From an uncultured Campylobacterales bacterium (GTDB lineage: Bacteria; Campylobacterota; Campylobacteria; Campylobacterales; CAZCQG01), in NCBI GenBank assembly GCA_964500775.1, contig CAZCQG010000007.1, forward strand, positions 2,179-66,178: a stretch of DNA of 64,000 nucleotides. The letters are read 5' to 3'. Within the stretch, counting starts at the first letter, position 1. Every line of letters begins with the position of its first letter. A program made the translations under genes and the position numbers. Below, piece after piece: positions 19,340-28,730 of this stretch. The notes beneath the pieces are model-generated. The model was not told where the DNA came from. It did no database searches and saw only the letters and a list, made by a program, of their open reading frames with translations.

Positions 19340-21170
19340 ATTCAAGTTTGTATCTCGCAATGAGAAATTTTTTAAAACGATTGACTACTTTGAAAGCGTC
19401 TTTGAGCATATCTTTGTCGATCGTACGCAAAGAATCGGGGTTAATATAGTTGTCCGCCAAAGAGCCCGTATCTATTTTTTGGAGGCTTGTGCGGAGTTTT
19501 AACGTATGAAAATAGTTAAAAGATTCAATAAGCTCCCCCGCGAATTCTTTATCCAAGATTCCGAGGTTATTTAGCGCTTTTATCCGCAAAACCGTATTTG
19601 TCTCCGCAAGGGCATTTTCAAGTGCCAAGGTTCGTATCCCGTGCACGATAGGAAATACCCCGCCTTTTTTGAGGTCAAGTTCATTTTTGTGTTTATTCTT
19701 GTCTACTTTGAAATCGCTAAAAAGCCCGATGGGTGTGGGGAACAAAAGGGCGAACGAACCGAAAGTGTTTAAGAACGCGGTGTTTTTTTCTATTTTTGCA
19801 AATACTACCGTTTTGAGCTCTTGGAGGAGTTTGGGATCGCCCGCGATACAGTATGCGTCAAAAAATATCGCAAGATTCATAAAGTCGTCCCGATCTTTTC
19901 TATTGACCCACTGGAGGAGCTGTTCGCTAAACTGCGTAAATCTTTTTCTCCATAAAGGATTATTTACCATAATATCCCCCTCGCATTTGGGGTAGCCGAA
20001 ATCACAAAGCGCTTCGCTAAACCTTTCGCAAAATTCGGCAATGACGGTATCGTCAAACGGACACGAATCGGCAATTATCAGCGCATTGTCTTGATCGGTA
20101 CGCAATATCTGCTCACCTCGCCCCTCGCTTCCCATCACAAGTAGTGCGGTGTGTGCTTCAAGACCTTTGGGTGCGAGCAGAGTAAAAAGTTTTTCAAAGA
20201 GTTTTCGATTGAGTTCGCTTAGGAGTTTAGAGATGTAGCGGACTTTCACCCCTTGGGCGAAGAGGGCTTTGATGATTCTTATAAATTTGACACTTGCCGC
20301 TTTGAGCTCCGCTAGGTCACGCGCTCGTTCTATCTCGTTTGCGATGGCATAGGTGTGAGATGAGAAAAAACTTGTGAGTGACATTTGGTCTAAGATTCCG
20401 ATTATCTCCCCTATTTTATTTTTGACGACGAGCCTTTTTATGCCGTAGCGTGTCATAAGGAGTTGAGCGTTAAATAAAAAATCATCCTCTAAAACGCTCT
20501 TTAGCCCAAACGTGGTGATGTGCTCCACTTTGGCATCGAAACTAAGACGCTCTAAAATTACCTTTTCTCTAAAATCGGTATCCGTAGCGATACCGAACTC
20601 TTCCCCTTTTTTTACGAGTATCGAAGTAAGCGAATGACTTTTCATAGTACGTACGGTCTCGTATATCGATTCGCTTGCGTCTACAGAGTAGGGCTTTTGG
20701 ATGTATGCGTCGCTCACTTTGGCGATCATAAAGCTTGCAAGCTCTTTATTTTGGGTGGTTGCGAGATTTTCGCTCAATTTCTCCGAAATGCTTTGGAAGA
20801 AAAAATGCTCTATTTTTTTGTTTTGATGGAGGATTTTTAAAAAGATCTCTTGGGGTAAGAGGTAGCAGATACTCTCCTCTAATGCTTTGAATCTGTTTTT
20901 GATTCTCCGCTCTATTAATGAGAGGGGATCAAAGAAGGCGTGCTTTTCAAGGATAGATACGTTCTCGTCCGCTTCGGATGCTAGCTCTTGTACTTTTCCT
21001 TTGATGATGAAATAGAGGAAATGCTCTTGCGTGTTTGAATCAAGAATATATTGCCCTTGCTTAAAATACTCAATTGAGAGATTGTTGCACAGCATCTCGA
21101 TTTCACGATCTTCAAGTGCGTCGAATGGAGGAATGGAGAGGATAAAACTTTTTTGCTCATGAAAGCTCAT
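19332..21170 (-). CDS. cNMP-binding / CBS-pair / DUF294-type nucleotidyltransferase signalling protein, copy 2
   Basis: Same architecture as copy 1; NTase motif GSEGRGEQILRTDQDNA; start set at MSFHEQ, preceded by GGAGG. Confidence 0.8.
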   Translation of the reverse strand: MSFHEQKSFILSIPPFDALEDREIEMLCNNLSIEYFKQGQYILDSNTQEHFLYFIIKGKVQELASEADENVSILEKHAFFDPLSLIERRIKNRFKALEESICYLLPQEIFLKILHQNKKIEHFFFQSISEKLSENLATTQNKELASFMIAKVSDAYIQKPYSVDASESIYETVRTMKSHSLTSILVKKGEEFGIATDTDFREKVILERLSFDAKVEHITTFGLKSVLEDDFLFNAQLLMTRYGIKRLVVKNKIGEIIGILDQMSLTSFFSSHTYAIANEIERARDLAELKAASVKFIRIIKALFAQGVKVRYISKLLSELNRKLFEKLFTLLAPKGLEAHTALLVMGSEGRGEQILRTDQDNALIIADSCPFDDTVIAEFCERFSEALCDFGYPKCEGDIMVNNPLWRKRFTQFSEQLLQWVNRKDRDDFMNLAIFFDAYCIAGDPKLLQELKTVVFAKIEKNTAFLNTFGSFALLFPTPIGLFSDFKVDKNKHKNELDLKKGGVFPIVHGIRTLALENALAETNTVLRIKALNNLGILDKEFAGELIESFNYFHTLKLRTSLQKIDTGSLADNYINPDSLRTIDKDMLKDAFKVVNRFKKFLIARYKLEYV

Positions 21171-21380
21171 AGGAAACCTCCGTGTAAATATGGAAGTGTA
21201 ACACACGAAAAATTATGTTACTAAAATATACAGCGCTATATTGATGCTACACTACTGTAACATTTTGTAGCATTGAGATTCAATTTCTCGGTGAATTTTC
21301 ACATTTTTGTCAAATGCTATGTTCATGCTACGTTTGGAGAATACTATAAAAAGTGTGAAAAAATTACAGAAGGAGTGTTT

Positions 21381-21641
21381 ATGGAGTTATCTGAAAAGAT
21401 GCAAGCCTATTGGCAAGCAAACGTAAAGTTGCTTTTGTCATGCTTGGCAGTGTGGTTTATCGTCTCTTTTGGCTTCGGAATAATATTGGTGGATGTCTTT
21501 AACGGCATCTCGCTAGGCGGCTATCCGTTAGGGTTTTGGTTTGCACAACAAGGGTCGATTTTCGTCTTTATCGCGATCATCTTTTATTATGCAAAGAAGA
21601 TGAACACGATTGATAGAGCCTTTGACGTTCACGAAGAGTAG
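21381..21641 (+). CDS. DUF4212 small subunit of a sodium:solute symporter
   Basis: 86-aa two-TM protein (WFAQQGSIFVF) directly upstream of a VC_2705-type symporter; AAGGAG Shine-Dalgarno before ATG 21381. Confidence 0.8.
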   Translation: MELSEKMQAYWQANVKLLLSCLAVWFIVSFGFGIILVDVFNGISLGGYPLGFWFAQQGSIFVFIAIIFYYAKKMNTIDRAFDVHEE

Positions 21642-21650
21642 GGGGAGAGT

Positions 21651-23408
21651 ATGGAATTACAAACAATGATATGGCTTGTAGTAGGAGCTTCATTTGCACT
21701 CTATTTTGCTATCGCTATTTGGTCGAAAGCAAAAAGTACGAGTGAGTTTTACGTAGCGGGCAAAGGAATCCATCCCGTTGCTAACGGTATGGCTACGGCG
21801 GCGGACTGGATGAGTGCCGCTTCGTTTATTTCGATGGCGGGTCTTATCGCATTTATGGGATACGGCGCATCGGCATACCTTATGGGTTGGACGGGCGGAT
21901 ACGTTTTGCTTGCGTTGTTGCTTGCTCCGTATTTGAGAAAATTCGGTAAGTTTACCGTTCCTGATTTTATCGCCGATAGATTTTACTCGCAAACGGCAAG
22001 AATCGTTGCGGTAGTCTCGCTACTAGTTATTTCGCTCACATATATCGTCGGGCAAATGACGGGTGTGGCGGTTGCGTTTTCGAGATTCCTCGAATTGGAT
22101 CTCTTTTGGGGGATGGTCGTCGGGATGGCGGTTGTTTTTAGCTATACCGTTCTAGGCGGTATGAAAGGAATCACCTACACGCAAATAGCGCAATACGTGG
22201 TACTAATATTTGCTTACACCGTTCCTGCGATATTTATTTCCTTGCAACTTACAGGCTGGGTTTTACCGCAAATAGGTTTGGGTGCGACGCTTAGTGATGG
22301 AAGCGGAATGTTTATGCTTGATAAACTCAACCAAGTAGCAACCGATCTAGGTTTTGCCGAATATACGACAAACTCAAGTTTTGGGATGATGAACATTTTC
22401 TTGCTTACGCTTTCACTTATGATAGGGACGGCGGGCTTACCGCACGTAATCGTGAGATTCTTTACCGTGCCGAAAGTAAAAGATGCTAGAAAATCTGCCG
22501 GCTGGGCACTCGTGTTTATCGCTATCCTCTATACTACTGCCCCTGCAGTCGGTGCGATGGCGTTTTATAATCTTTCAAAAACAATTCACGTAGGCGAAAA
22601 TATAAAAGACAATCAAACGCTTGCGTATGAAGAGCGACCGCAATGGGTGAAAAACTGGGAACAAACCGGTCTTTTGAAGTTTGAAGATAAAAACGGCGAT
22701 GGACACATTCAGTTTTACAACGATAAAAATGCGAAATTTGCCGCGCAAGCCGAAGAATACGGCTGGAAAGGGAATGAGCTAAGCGTAAATAGAGATATTA
22801 TGGTACTTGCAAACCCTGAAATCGCGAAACTTCCTAATTGGGTAATCGCTCTTGTTGCCGCGGGCGGTATCGCTGCTGCACTTTCTACGGCAGCAGGTTT
22901 ATTGCTTGTTATCTCATCGTCTATTTCACACGACTTGTTAAAAGGGGTATTCGTGAAAGACATTAGCGAGAAAAATGAACTTCTCGCAGGTAGACTAGCG
23001 ATGACGGTTGCGATTTTGGTCGCAGGGTATCTCGGTCTCAATCCTCCCGGATTTGCCGCGCAAACGGTTGCTTTGGCATTCGGACTTGCCGCTTCGAGCC
23101 TTTTCCCTGTCCTTATGATGGGAATCTTCTATAAAAAGATGAATAGACAAGGTGCGATCGCAGGTATGGTTTCAGGTCTGCTTATAACCGTAGGCTATAT
23201 CTTTATGTATAAAGGAATCTTCTTTATTCCGGGGACAAACCTTCTTGCTGATAACGCGAGTGGATGGATACTCGGTATCTCTCCTCAAGGTTTTGGAGTA
23301 ATCGGAGCAATAGTGAACGTGGTAGTCGCGATAGCGGTATCAAAAGTAACTCCTCCGCCTGCACAAAATATTCAAGATCTCGTAGAGAGTGTGCGGATTC
23401 CTCGATAA
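21651..23408 (+). CDS. sodium:solute symporter, VC_2705-like large subunit (probable acetate/monocarboxylate uptake)
   Basis: 585 aa SSS-family protein; similar to ActP in the conserved GTAGLPH(I/V)xxRFFTV segment. Confidence 0.85.
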   Translation: MELQTMIWLVVGASFALYFAIAIWSKAKSTSEFYVAGKGIHPVANGMATAADWMSAASFISMAGLIAFMGYGASAYLMGWTGGYVLLALLLAPYLRKFGKFTVPDFIADRFYSQTARIVAVVSLLVISLTYIVGQMTGVAVAFSRFLELDLFWGMVVGMAVVFSYTVLGGMKGITYTQIAQYVVLIFAYTVPAIFISLQLTGWVLPQIGLGATLSDGSGMFMLDKLNQVATDLGFAEYTTNSSFGMMNIFLLTLSLMIGTAGLPHVIVRFFTVPKVKDARKSAGWALVFIAILYTTAPAVGAMAFYNLSKTIHVGENIKDNQTLAYEERPQWVKNWEQTGLLKFEDKNGDGHIQFYNDKNAKFAAQAEEYGWKGNELSVNRDIMVLANPEIAKLPNWVIALVAAGGIAAALSTAAGLLLVISSSISHDLLKGVFVKDISEKNELLAGRLAMTVAILVAGYLGLNPPGFAAQTVALAFGLAASSLFPVLMMGIFYKKMNRQGAIAGMVSGLLITVGYIFMYKGIFFIPGTNLLADNASGWILGISPQGFGVIGAIVNVVVAIAVSKVTPPPAQNIQDLVESVRIPR

Positions 23409-23428
23409 ACTTTTCATATGTGTCCGTA

Positions 23429-23447
23429 AAAAGGAGTTTCTCCTTTT
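23429..23447. terminator. bidirectional hairpin between the symporter gene and crcB
   Basis: AAAAGGAG-TTT-CTCCTTTT, 8-bp stem in the 46-nt convergent gap. Confidence 0.5.
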
Positions 23448-23454
23448 GCGGTCA

Positions 23455-23844
23455 CTAACCTCTCATCAATAACAACGTAATCTTATAACCTATTGCCGCT
23501 GCTATTACGGAGCCAAAAAGATTGAGCGCCATATTTGAAAACCCCATAAGGATATTTCTATTTTCAAAAAGGATAAAAGTCTCGATAGCAAATGTAGAAT
23601 AGGTGGTGAAAGCTCCTAAGATTCCGGTAGCTATAAAAGAGCGGATATGCGGCGGAATAAGCTCTAAGTTGTGTGATAAGACGAATATCGCCCCCATAAG
23701 AAACGAACCTAATACATTTACGGTAAATGTCCCTATCGGTATGTCGTGCGAAAAGGTTTTACTTGCCCATCCATTGACGTAGGCACGTAAAATAGCCCCT
23801 AAAAATCCGCCGCTACCGATTGCTAGAAAGCTCTGCCAGCTCAT
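23455..23844 (-). CDS. crcB: fluoride channel CrcB/FluC
   Basis: GSGGFLGAILRAYV N-terminal motif, four TM helices; start set at MSWQSF and overlaps the plsC 3' end. Confidence 0.85.
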   Translation of the reverse strand: MSWQSFLAIGSGGFLGAILRAYVNGWASKTFSHDIPIGTFTVNVLGSFLMGAIFVLSHNLELIPPHIRSFIATGILGAFTTYSTFAIETFILFENRNILMGFSNMALNLFGSVIAAAIGYKITLLLMRG

Positions 23845-24508
23845 CATCATGTACTTTTTGCATCTTTTCTCGCAAATCTTCGTACCAATCACTCCCTTTT
23901 TCAGGAGTAAATGATTCCATAAAGACGGCGCTTCCTTGGACTTTTTTCACGAGTTTCGAGTCAAAATCGAGTATCTCCCTCGTATTCACAAGGACGACGG
24001 GCTGAATCTTGAGATTATATTTTTCGGCTATCATCTTGGCACCTGCCTTAAACGGGAGAAATTTTCCGCTTTTAGCACGTGTCCCTTCGGGGAAAATAGT
24101 GATGATTCTTTTGTCATCAAGTGCGTTTTTCGTCTCTTTTAGGAGATAGACCAACCCCTTTTTATCCTCTCTATCTACGAGTATCATTTTCGGGGCTTTC
24201 ATCAGATGACCGTATATCGGAACATCGCCCAACTCTTTTTTTGCTATCCAACAAAGGTTGCTCGGATGTACGGCTTCGATGTAGATGACATCCAAAAAAC
24301 TTTTATGGTTTAAGATAATCATATTTGCAGTCGTATCAAACTCCCCTTTGCGGCGTATCTTGATATTAAAAAGCCAAATATAAAACTTGGAGATTCCTGC
24401 TCGGTAGGGCTTTTGATCGTTTTTAAAGAGATACATAAGACCGATGGCGATGGGGAGAAAAACCAAAATCGCGCCGATAAATAGGTATCCTTTAATCTTC
24501 TCTAGCAT
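23813..24508 (-). CDS. plsC: 1-acyl-sn-glycerol-3-phosphate acyltransferase
   Basis: NHKSFLDV (HX4D) and FPEGTR motifs. Confidence 0.88.
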   Translation of the reverse strand: MLEKIKGYLFIGAILVFLPIAIGLMYLFKNDQKPYRAGISKFYIWLFNIKIRRKGEFDTTANMIILNHKSFLDVIYIEAVHPSNLCWIAKKELGDVPIYGHLMKAPKMILVDREDKKGLVYLLKETKNALDDKRIITIFPEGTRAKSGKFLPFKAGAKMIAEKYNLKIQPVVLVNTREILDFDSKLVKKVQGSAVFMESFTPEKGSDWYEDLREKMQKVHDDELAELSSNR

Positions 24509-25640
24509 CCTCTTTCCTTATCCATCCTATTTTATCTTCGCCGATTTGAATCTTATAAAAGTCGCCCCGTTTGAGTAGTACTTTAGATGCTATCTCTCCG
24601 TCGGTGACGTAAAAAATCGTAGAGTTCTCGGTCGGAAGTATCGACATCCTCGCCCCGCTTTTTACGACTATCTCTTTTTGAGGTTCGAGGAGTTGCAGTA
24701 GATACAAAAGGAGAGGCAAGGATAGTAGTACGTAGAGGATTCTCCTTCTTCTAAAAGCAAAATAGAGCAAGACGGCAATCCCGATAGCAACCAAGAAGAT
24801 TTTATATACCTGATAGGTCTGCTTGGGCTTTATATCACTTTGCGTGCTCACCCCTTCGTCGTTTGCATCATTTTCAACTACAAGAGGGATGAACTTATTT
24901 TGTATTTTGTTGAAGTATTCAAAACGTAAAACGGTCATGGTTTTCGGCACTATCGTAAAATACACTATCTTGCTTCTGGGGTAGTTGAGCTCTAGGGTTT
25001 CAATCCCTTGCTTTTCAATGTTGTTAATAAAAAATTCGCTTATATTTGCGTTGTTCGCCTCTATTTCCAAAACTGCCAAGTTGTGCATTTTGTCATACGT
25101 AGTCACTTTTTCGTTTGTGATATAGAGGTCGTTGGCGATGACATTGCAAGAAAATTGACCGTTTTTCAGACGTATCGGAGACAAAGGTTTCGGAGCTATA
25201 GATTCTTCTTGTGTAATGCCGCTCGCAAATTCTACGCGCATATCTACACCGGGCAACACCGCTTTTTCATTGAGAATCTTTACGTAAACGGTATTGGTGT
25301 ATTTATTATCACCTTGACTGACCCAGCGAGAATCCTTATTCATTATCGTGACGTTGCTTTCGCCGAAAAAGGAGGTTTTCGTATAAGAGGGATTTTCGCC
25401 TAGTACCATCGCCTCATACTCTATCGCCAGTATCTCTCCTACATAGAGATAGCGGGTAGGAAGGCGAAGATTCATATAAATAAGTTTTGTTTCGGAAGTA
25501 GTCATTGGGGCAGGGGCTTGCTCGTTTATATTTTGCGTATGCCCGATATTCGTCTCTTGTTCGGAGATATTTTGGTCTACATTCGCATAAATAAACGGAG
25601 TGCAGGCAAAAAAGAGGGCAAGGAAAAAAAGTTTTTTCAA
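24492..25640 (-). CDS. secreted/membrane-anchored hypothetical protein with a C-terminal SH3-like domain
   Basis: Signal peptide MKKLFFLALFFACTPFIYA, extracytoplasmic domain, two TM helices, C-terminal GDFYKIQIGEDKIGWIRKED. Confidence 0.5.
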   Translation of the reverse strand: MKKLFFLALFFACTPFIYANVDQNISEQETNIGHTQNINEQAPAPMTTSETKLIYMNLRLPTRYLYVGEILAIEYEAMVLGENPSYTKTSFFGESNVTIMNKDSRWVSQGDNKYTNTVYVKILNEKAVLPGVDMRVEFASGITQEESIAPKPLSPIRLKNGQFSCNVIANDLYITNEKVTTYDKMHNLAVLEIEANNANISEFFINNIEKQGIETLELNYPRSKIVYFTIVPKTMTVLRFEYFNKIQNKFIPLVVENDANDEGVSTQSDIKPKQTYQVYKIFLVAIGIAVLLYFAFRRRRILYVLLSLPLLLYLLQLLEPQKEIVVKSGARMSILPTENSTIFYVTDGEIASKVLLKRGDFYKIQIGEDKIGWIRKEDARED

Positions 25641-26293
25641 CCTTTTATAAGCCCTTCTAACATTTTCAGACCGGCATCCTCGCCTAAATGCTTATCGACG
25701 GCTCTTTCGGGGTGAGGCATAAGCCCAAAAATATTCTTTTCCTTGTTGCAGATTCCTGCGATACTATCGATTGAGCCGTTAGGATTGTTTACATACGTAA
25801 GTATTACTTGGTCATTGTCGTAGAGCGATTTGAGCCCTTCGGGATCGATGTAATAGTTTCCTTCGGCATGCGCGATAGGAAGTGTTATTTCGTCTCCGAT
25901 GTTAAAAAATTTCAGAAAATCATTATTGTTTTGCTCTACTCGCAACGTCTCTTTTTTTGAGATGAAGTGCATCGATTCGTTTTTTTTCATAGCCCCGGGG
26001 AGGAGGTGTGATTCTAGTAGAATTTGAAAGCCGTTGCAGATTCCAAGGACTTTCCCCCCTTTTTTAGCATATTCGCCCACGCTTTGCATAATCGGGGCAA
26101 ATCTCGCTATCGCCCCGCTTCTTAGATAGTCGCCGTAGCTAAAACCGCCAGGGACTATGACTAGATCCGTCTTGTGGGGTAGCGCAGTTTCACCGTGCCA
26201 CGTGATCACGGTCTTTGCTCCTGCGAGCGTATAAGCATACTCCATATCATACTCGCAGTTCGTGCCGGGGAATCGGAGAATCGTTACGTTCAT
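25637..26293 (-). CDS. purQ: phosphoribosylformylglycinamidine synthase, glutaminase subunit
   Basis: GGFSYGDYL, GICNGFQ and MPHPER motifs. Confidence 0.95.
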   Translation of the reverse strand: MNVTILRFPGTNCEYDMEYAYTLAGAKTVITWHGETALPHKTDLVIVPGGFSYGDYLRSGAIARFAPIMQSVGEYAKKGGKVLGICNGFQILLESHLLPGAMKKNESMHFISKKETLRVEQNNNDFLKFFNIGDEITLPIAHAEGNYYIDPEGLKSLYDNDQVILTYVNNPNGSIDSIAGICNKEKNIFGLMPHPERAVDKHLGEDAGLKMLEGLIKG

Positions 26294-26532
26294 TTTGCTA
26301 GCTCAATCGTGTAGTTTTCTATGACGGTATTTGCCAGTAGGGTTTCGCACATCTTAGTGACTTCTGTCCTCGCTTCGTTTTCGTTGTCGCTCTCAAGAAC
26401 AAGTTCGATTTTTTTATTGACCTTCACGTCTTTTATGCCGTGAAAACCGAGTGCTTCGAGCGCGTGGGAAATCGTTTTGCCTTGCGGGTCAAGCACCCCT
26501 TCTTTAAAACTTATATAAACTGTTGCTTTCAT
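26290..26532 (-). CDS. purS: phosphoribosylformylglycinamidine synthase subunit PurS
   Basis: 80 aa; GVLDPQG motif; located between purC and purQ. Confidence 0.9.
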   Translation of the reverse strand: MKATVYISFKEGVLDPQGKTISHALEALGFHGIKDVKVNKKIELVLESDNENEARTEVTKMCETLLANTVIENYTIELAK

Positions 26533-26544
26533 CGGTATCGCCTT

Positions 26545-27255
26545 TTAGTTAAGAATTCTATTGAGGACCTCTTCATACGCCATTTTGACGTTGCCTAGCC
26601 CTTGTCTAAATCTATCTTTGTCGAGTTTTTCATTGCTTTTTATATCCCAAAATCTACAGCTATCGGGGGTGATCTCATCTGCCAAGAGTATCGTTCCGTT
26701 TGCATCTATCCCGAATTCAACCTTGAAGTCGATAAGGTTTAACCCTTTTTTCTCAAAAAAGCCTTTGAGGATGACATTGATTTCACGTCCGAGTCTCTTT
26801 AGCTCCTCAAGTGCACTCTCGTGCTTCACAAGCCCCATCGCCATTGCATGTTCATCATTGATGAGCGGGTCGCCTAGTTCGTCGTTTTTATAGTAGAACT
26901 CCACTATAGTAAAAGGGAGTTTCGTCCCATCTTCAATACCGAGTCGCTTTGTCAAAGAGCCGGTGGCTGTATTGCGGACGACGACCTCTATTAGAATGAT
27001 GTCTACTTTTTTTGCCGCTACGTGCGTATCGTCTAGCGTGCTTATGTAGTGGCTTTTGATGCCATTAGATTCCAAGAGTTTAAAAATCTCCGTCGTTATC
27101 TTGCAATTAAGCGCGCCTTTCCCCTCTTCGCTCCCTTTTTTGAGGTTGTTAAAAGCAGTTAAGTCGTCTTTAAATTCCATGATGACGATATTTCGGTCGT
27201 CGGTGGCATATATCTTTTTTGCTTTGCCTTCGTATAGCAGCTCTCTCTTCTCCAT
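26545..27255 (-). CDS. purC: SAICAR synthetase
   Basis: [11 protein letters not shown]-terminus, [14 protein letters not shown] motifs. Confidence 0.95.
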   Translation of the reverse strand: MEKRELLYEGKAKKIYATDDRNIVIMEFKDDLTAFNNLKKGSEEGKGALNCKITTEIFKLLESNGIKSHYISTLDDTHVAAKKVDIILIEVVVRNTATGSLTKRLGIEDGTKLPFTIVEFYYKNDELGDPLINDEHAMAMGLVKHESALEELKRLGREINVILKGFFEKKGLNLIDFKVEFGIDANGTILLADEITPDSCRFWDIKSNEKLDKDRFRQGLGNVKMAYEEVLNRILN

Positions 27256-27275
27256 TCATTCACCCCGTTTAAAAA

Positions 27276-28592
27276 TTATTTTTTAAATACATTCCAAGCT
27301 TTTAACACGTCTATCGCACTTTTGAGCTGAATATCTCGGTACACGTTTTCTTTTGTCACCGTTGCACTATTTTCGTCAAGCGCCGTTTCGTCTTCACCTA
27401 AAACTTGATTTTCCGGTTCTATTTTTTTAAGCTCGTTTTCGAGATGTTTTTTGAGCTCTGATTCTTTTAGCTTAAAGTCGCCGTTATCGTTTGGTACTTC
27501 ACCGGGATAGACTATGATGTCGGGAGTGACCCCTACTGCTTGTATCGTTCTGCCGCTAGGGAGATAATATCTTGCAATAGTCAGACGCAGCCCCTCTTCG
27601 TCATCAAGAGGCAAAATCACTTGCACGCTCCCTTTTCCGAAGGTTTTTTCTCCGACGATAATCGCCTTTTTGTGGTCTTGGAGCGAACCGCTTACGATCT
27701 CACTTGCGCTTGCACTCCCGTTGTTTACGAGAACGGTGAGCGGGATGTTTTCGTACGTGCCTGCTTTTGTGGCTTTAAAGTCTCTATTTTCGGATTCGCT
27801 TCGCCCTTTTTGGGAGACGATTACACCGCTGTCGATAAACAAGTCACAAAGTCCGACGGCTTGGTCTAGTAGTCCGCCCGGATTATTTCTTAGATCAAGT
27901 ACGACACCTTTCATCCACGAAGCATTTTTCTTCAGTTCGTCTCGGACGTTATCTACTACGTGCTTGTCAAACGAGCTCACTCGGATATAGAGGAGTTCTT
28001 CATCTTCAATCTTCTTGGCATGTACCGACTTTACGACGATTATATCTCGGGTGATGGTAACGTCAAAGGGCTTGGGTTCTTTTTTTCTTACGATCGTTAG
28101 GGTAATTTTTGTTCCGGGCTTACCTCGCATAAGGGATACGGCTTCGTCTATGGTCATATTGAGGGTTGATTTATCCCCTATTTTTAAAATAATATCGCCT
28201 GATTTAAGTCCCGCTTTGTATGCAGGGGTATCATCAATCGGTGCTATGACGGTGAGTGCTTCATCTCGCATACCTACCGTGATTCCAAGTCCGCCGAATT
28301 CCCCTTCGGTTTGGATTTTAAGCTCTTTAAATTTCTTTTTACTAAGGTAAGAGGAGTGGGCATCAAGATTGCTAAGCATTCCGTCAATCGCTTTGTCGAT
28401 GACATCGTCGATAGGGATTTCGTCTACATAGTAGTTTTCAACGGTATTTATCACTTTTCGGAGTTTGCCGTACGCATCTAAACGGCTACCGCTCTCATCT
28501 GTTTGTTTGGCTAAGACATCGGTAGTCAATAGGAGTGATACCGCCGTTATCGTGCTGATAAAACCCGATAAAATCAGTTTGTTGTTTTTCAT
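27276..28592 (-). CDS. ctpA: carboxy-terminal processing protease (S41)
   Basis: Signal peptide, PDZ (AGLKSGDIILKIGD), DLRNNPGG, GSASASEI and TFGKGSVQ motifs. Confidence 0.9.
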   Translation of the reverse strand: MKNNKLILSGFISTITAVSLLLTTDVLAKQTDESGSRLDAYGKLRKVINTVENYYVDEIPIDDVIDKAIDGMLSNLDAHSSYLSKKKFKELKIQTEGEFGGLGITVGMRDEALTVIAPIDDTPAYKAGLKSGDIILKIGDKSTLNMTIDEAVSLMRGKPGTKITLTIVRKKEPKPFDVTITRDIIVVKSVHAKKIEDEELLYIRVSSFDKHVVDNVRDELKKNASWMKGVVLDLRNNPGGLLDQAVGLCDLFIDSGVIVSQKGRSESENRDFKATKAGTYENIPLTVLVNNGSASASEIVSGSLQDHKKAIIVGEKTFGKGSVQVILPLDDEEGLRLTIARYYLPSGRTIQAVGVTPDIIVYPGEVPNDNGDFKLKESELKKHLENELKKIEPENQVLGEDETALDENSATVTKENVYRDIQLKSAIDVLKAWNVFKK

Positions 28593-28690
28593 ATTTTTAG
28601 TAAGCCTCTTGTTTGTTTTTGAGCGTATTATTATAGTGAAGTGATTGCTAAAACTTGTTTAAGAGGCAACGCAAAATAGCAAGAATTGTA

Positions 28691-28717
28691 TTAGCAGAAT
28701 AAAAATTATAGTGCTAA
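28691..28717 (+). promoter_or_regulatory. CIRCE-like inverted repeat upstream of clpB
   Basis: TTAGCAGAA-N9-TAGTGCTAA versus the CIRCE consensus TTAGCACTC-N9-GAGTGCTAA (14 of 18 arm positions by hand count). Confidence 0.35.
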
Positions 28718-28730
28718 TCTGATATAAAGC

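Noticed and set aside
23845-23900. Fluoride riboswitch upstream of crcB
   Set aside because: crcB starts inside the 3' end of plsC, so there is no non-coding leader in which a crcB-motif riboswitch could sit.
26057-26068. C6T6 tract in purQ, and G6 tracts in tlpA-like, dapE, flgA and ParA-like genes, as phase-variation sites
   Set aside because: All are 6 nt, lie within essential or housekeeping coding sequence where they encode Gly-Gly or Lys-Lys-Gly-Gly, and fall below the length usually associated with slipped-strand switching.
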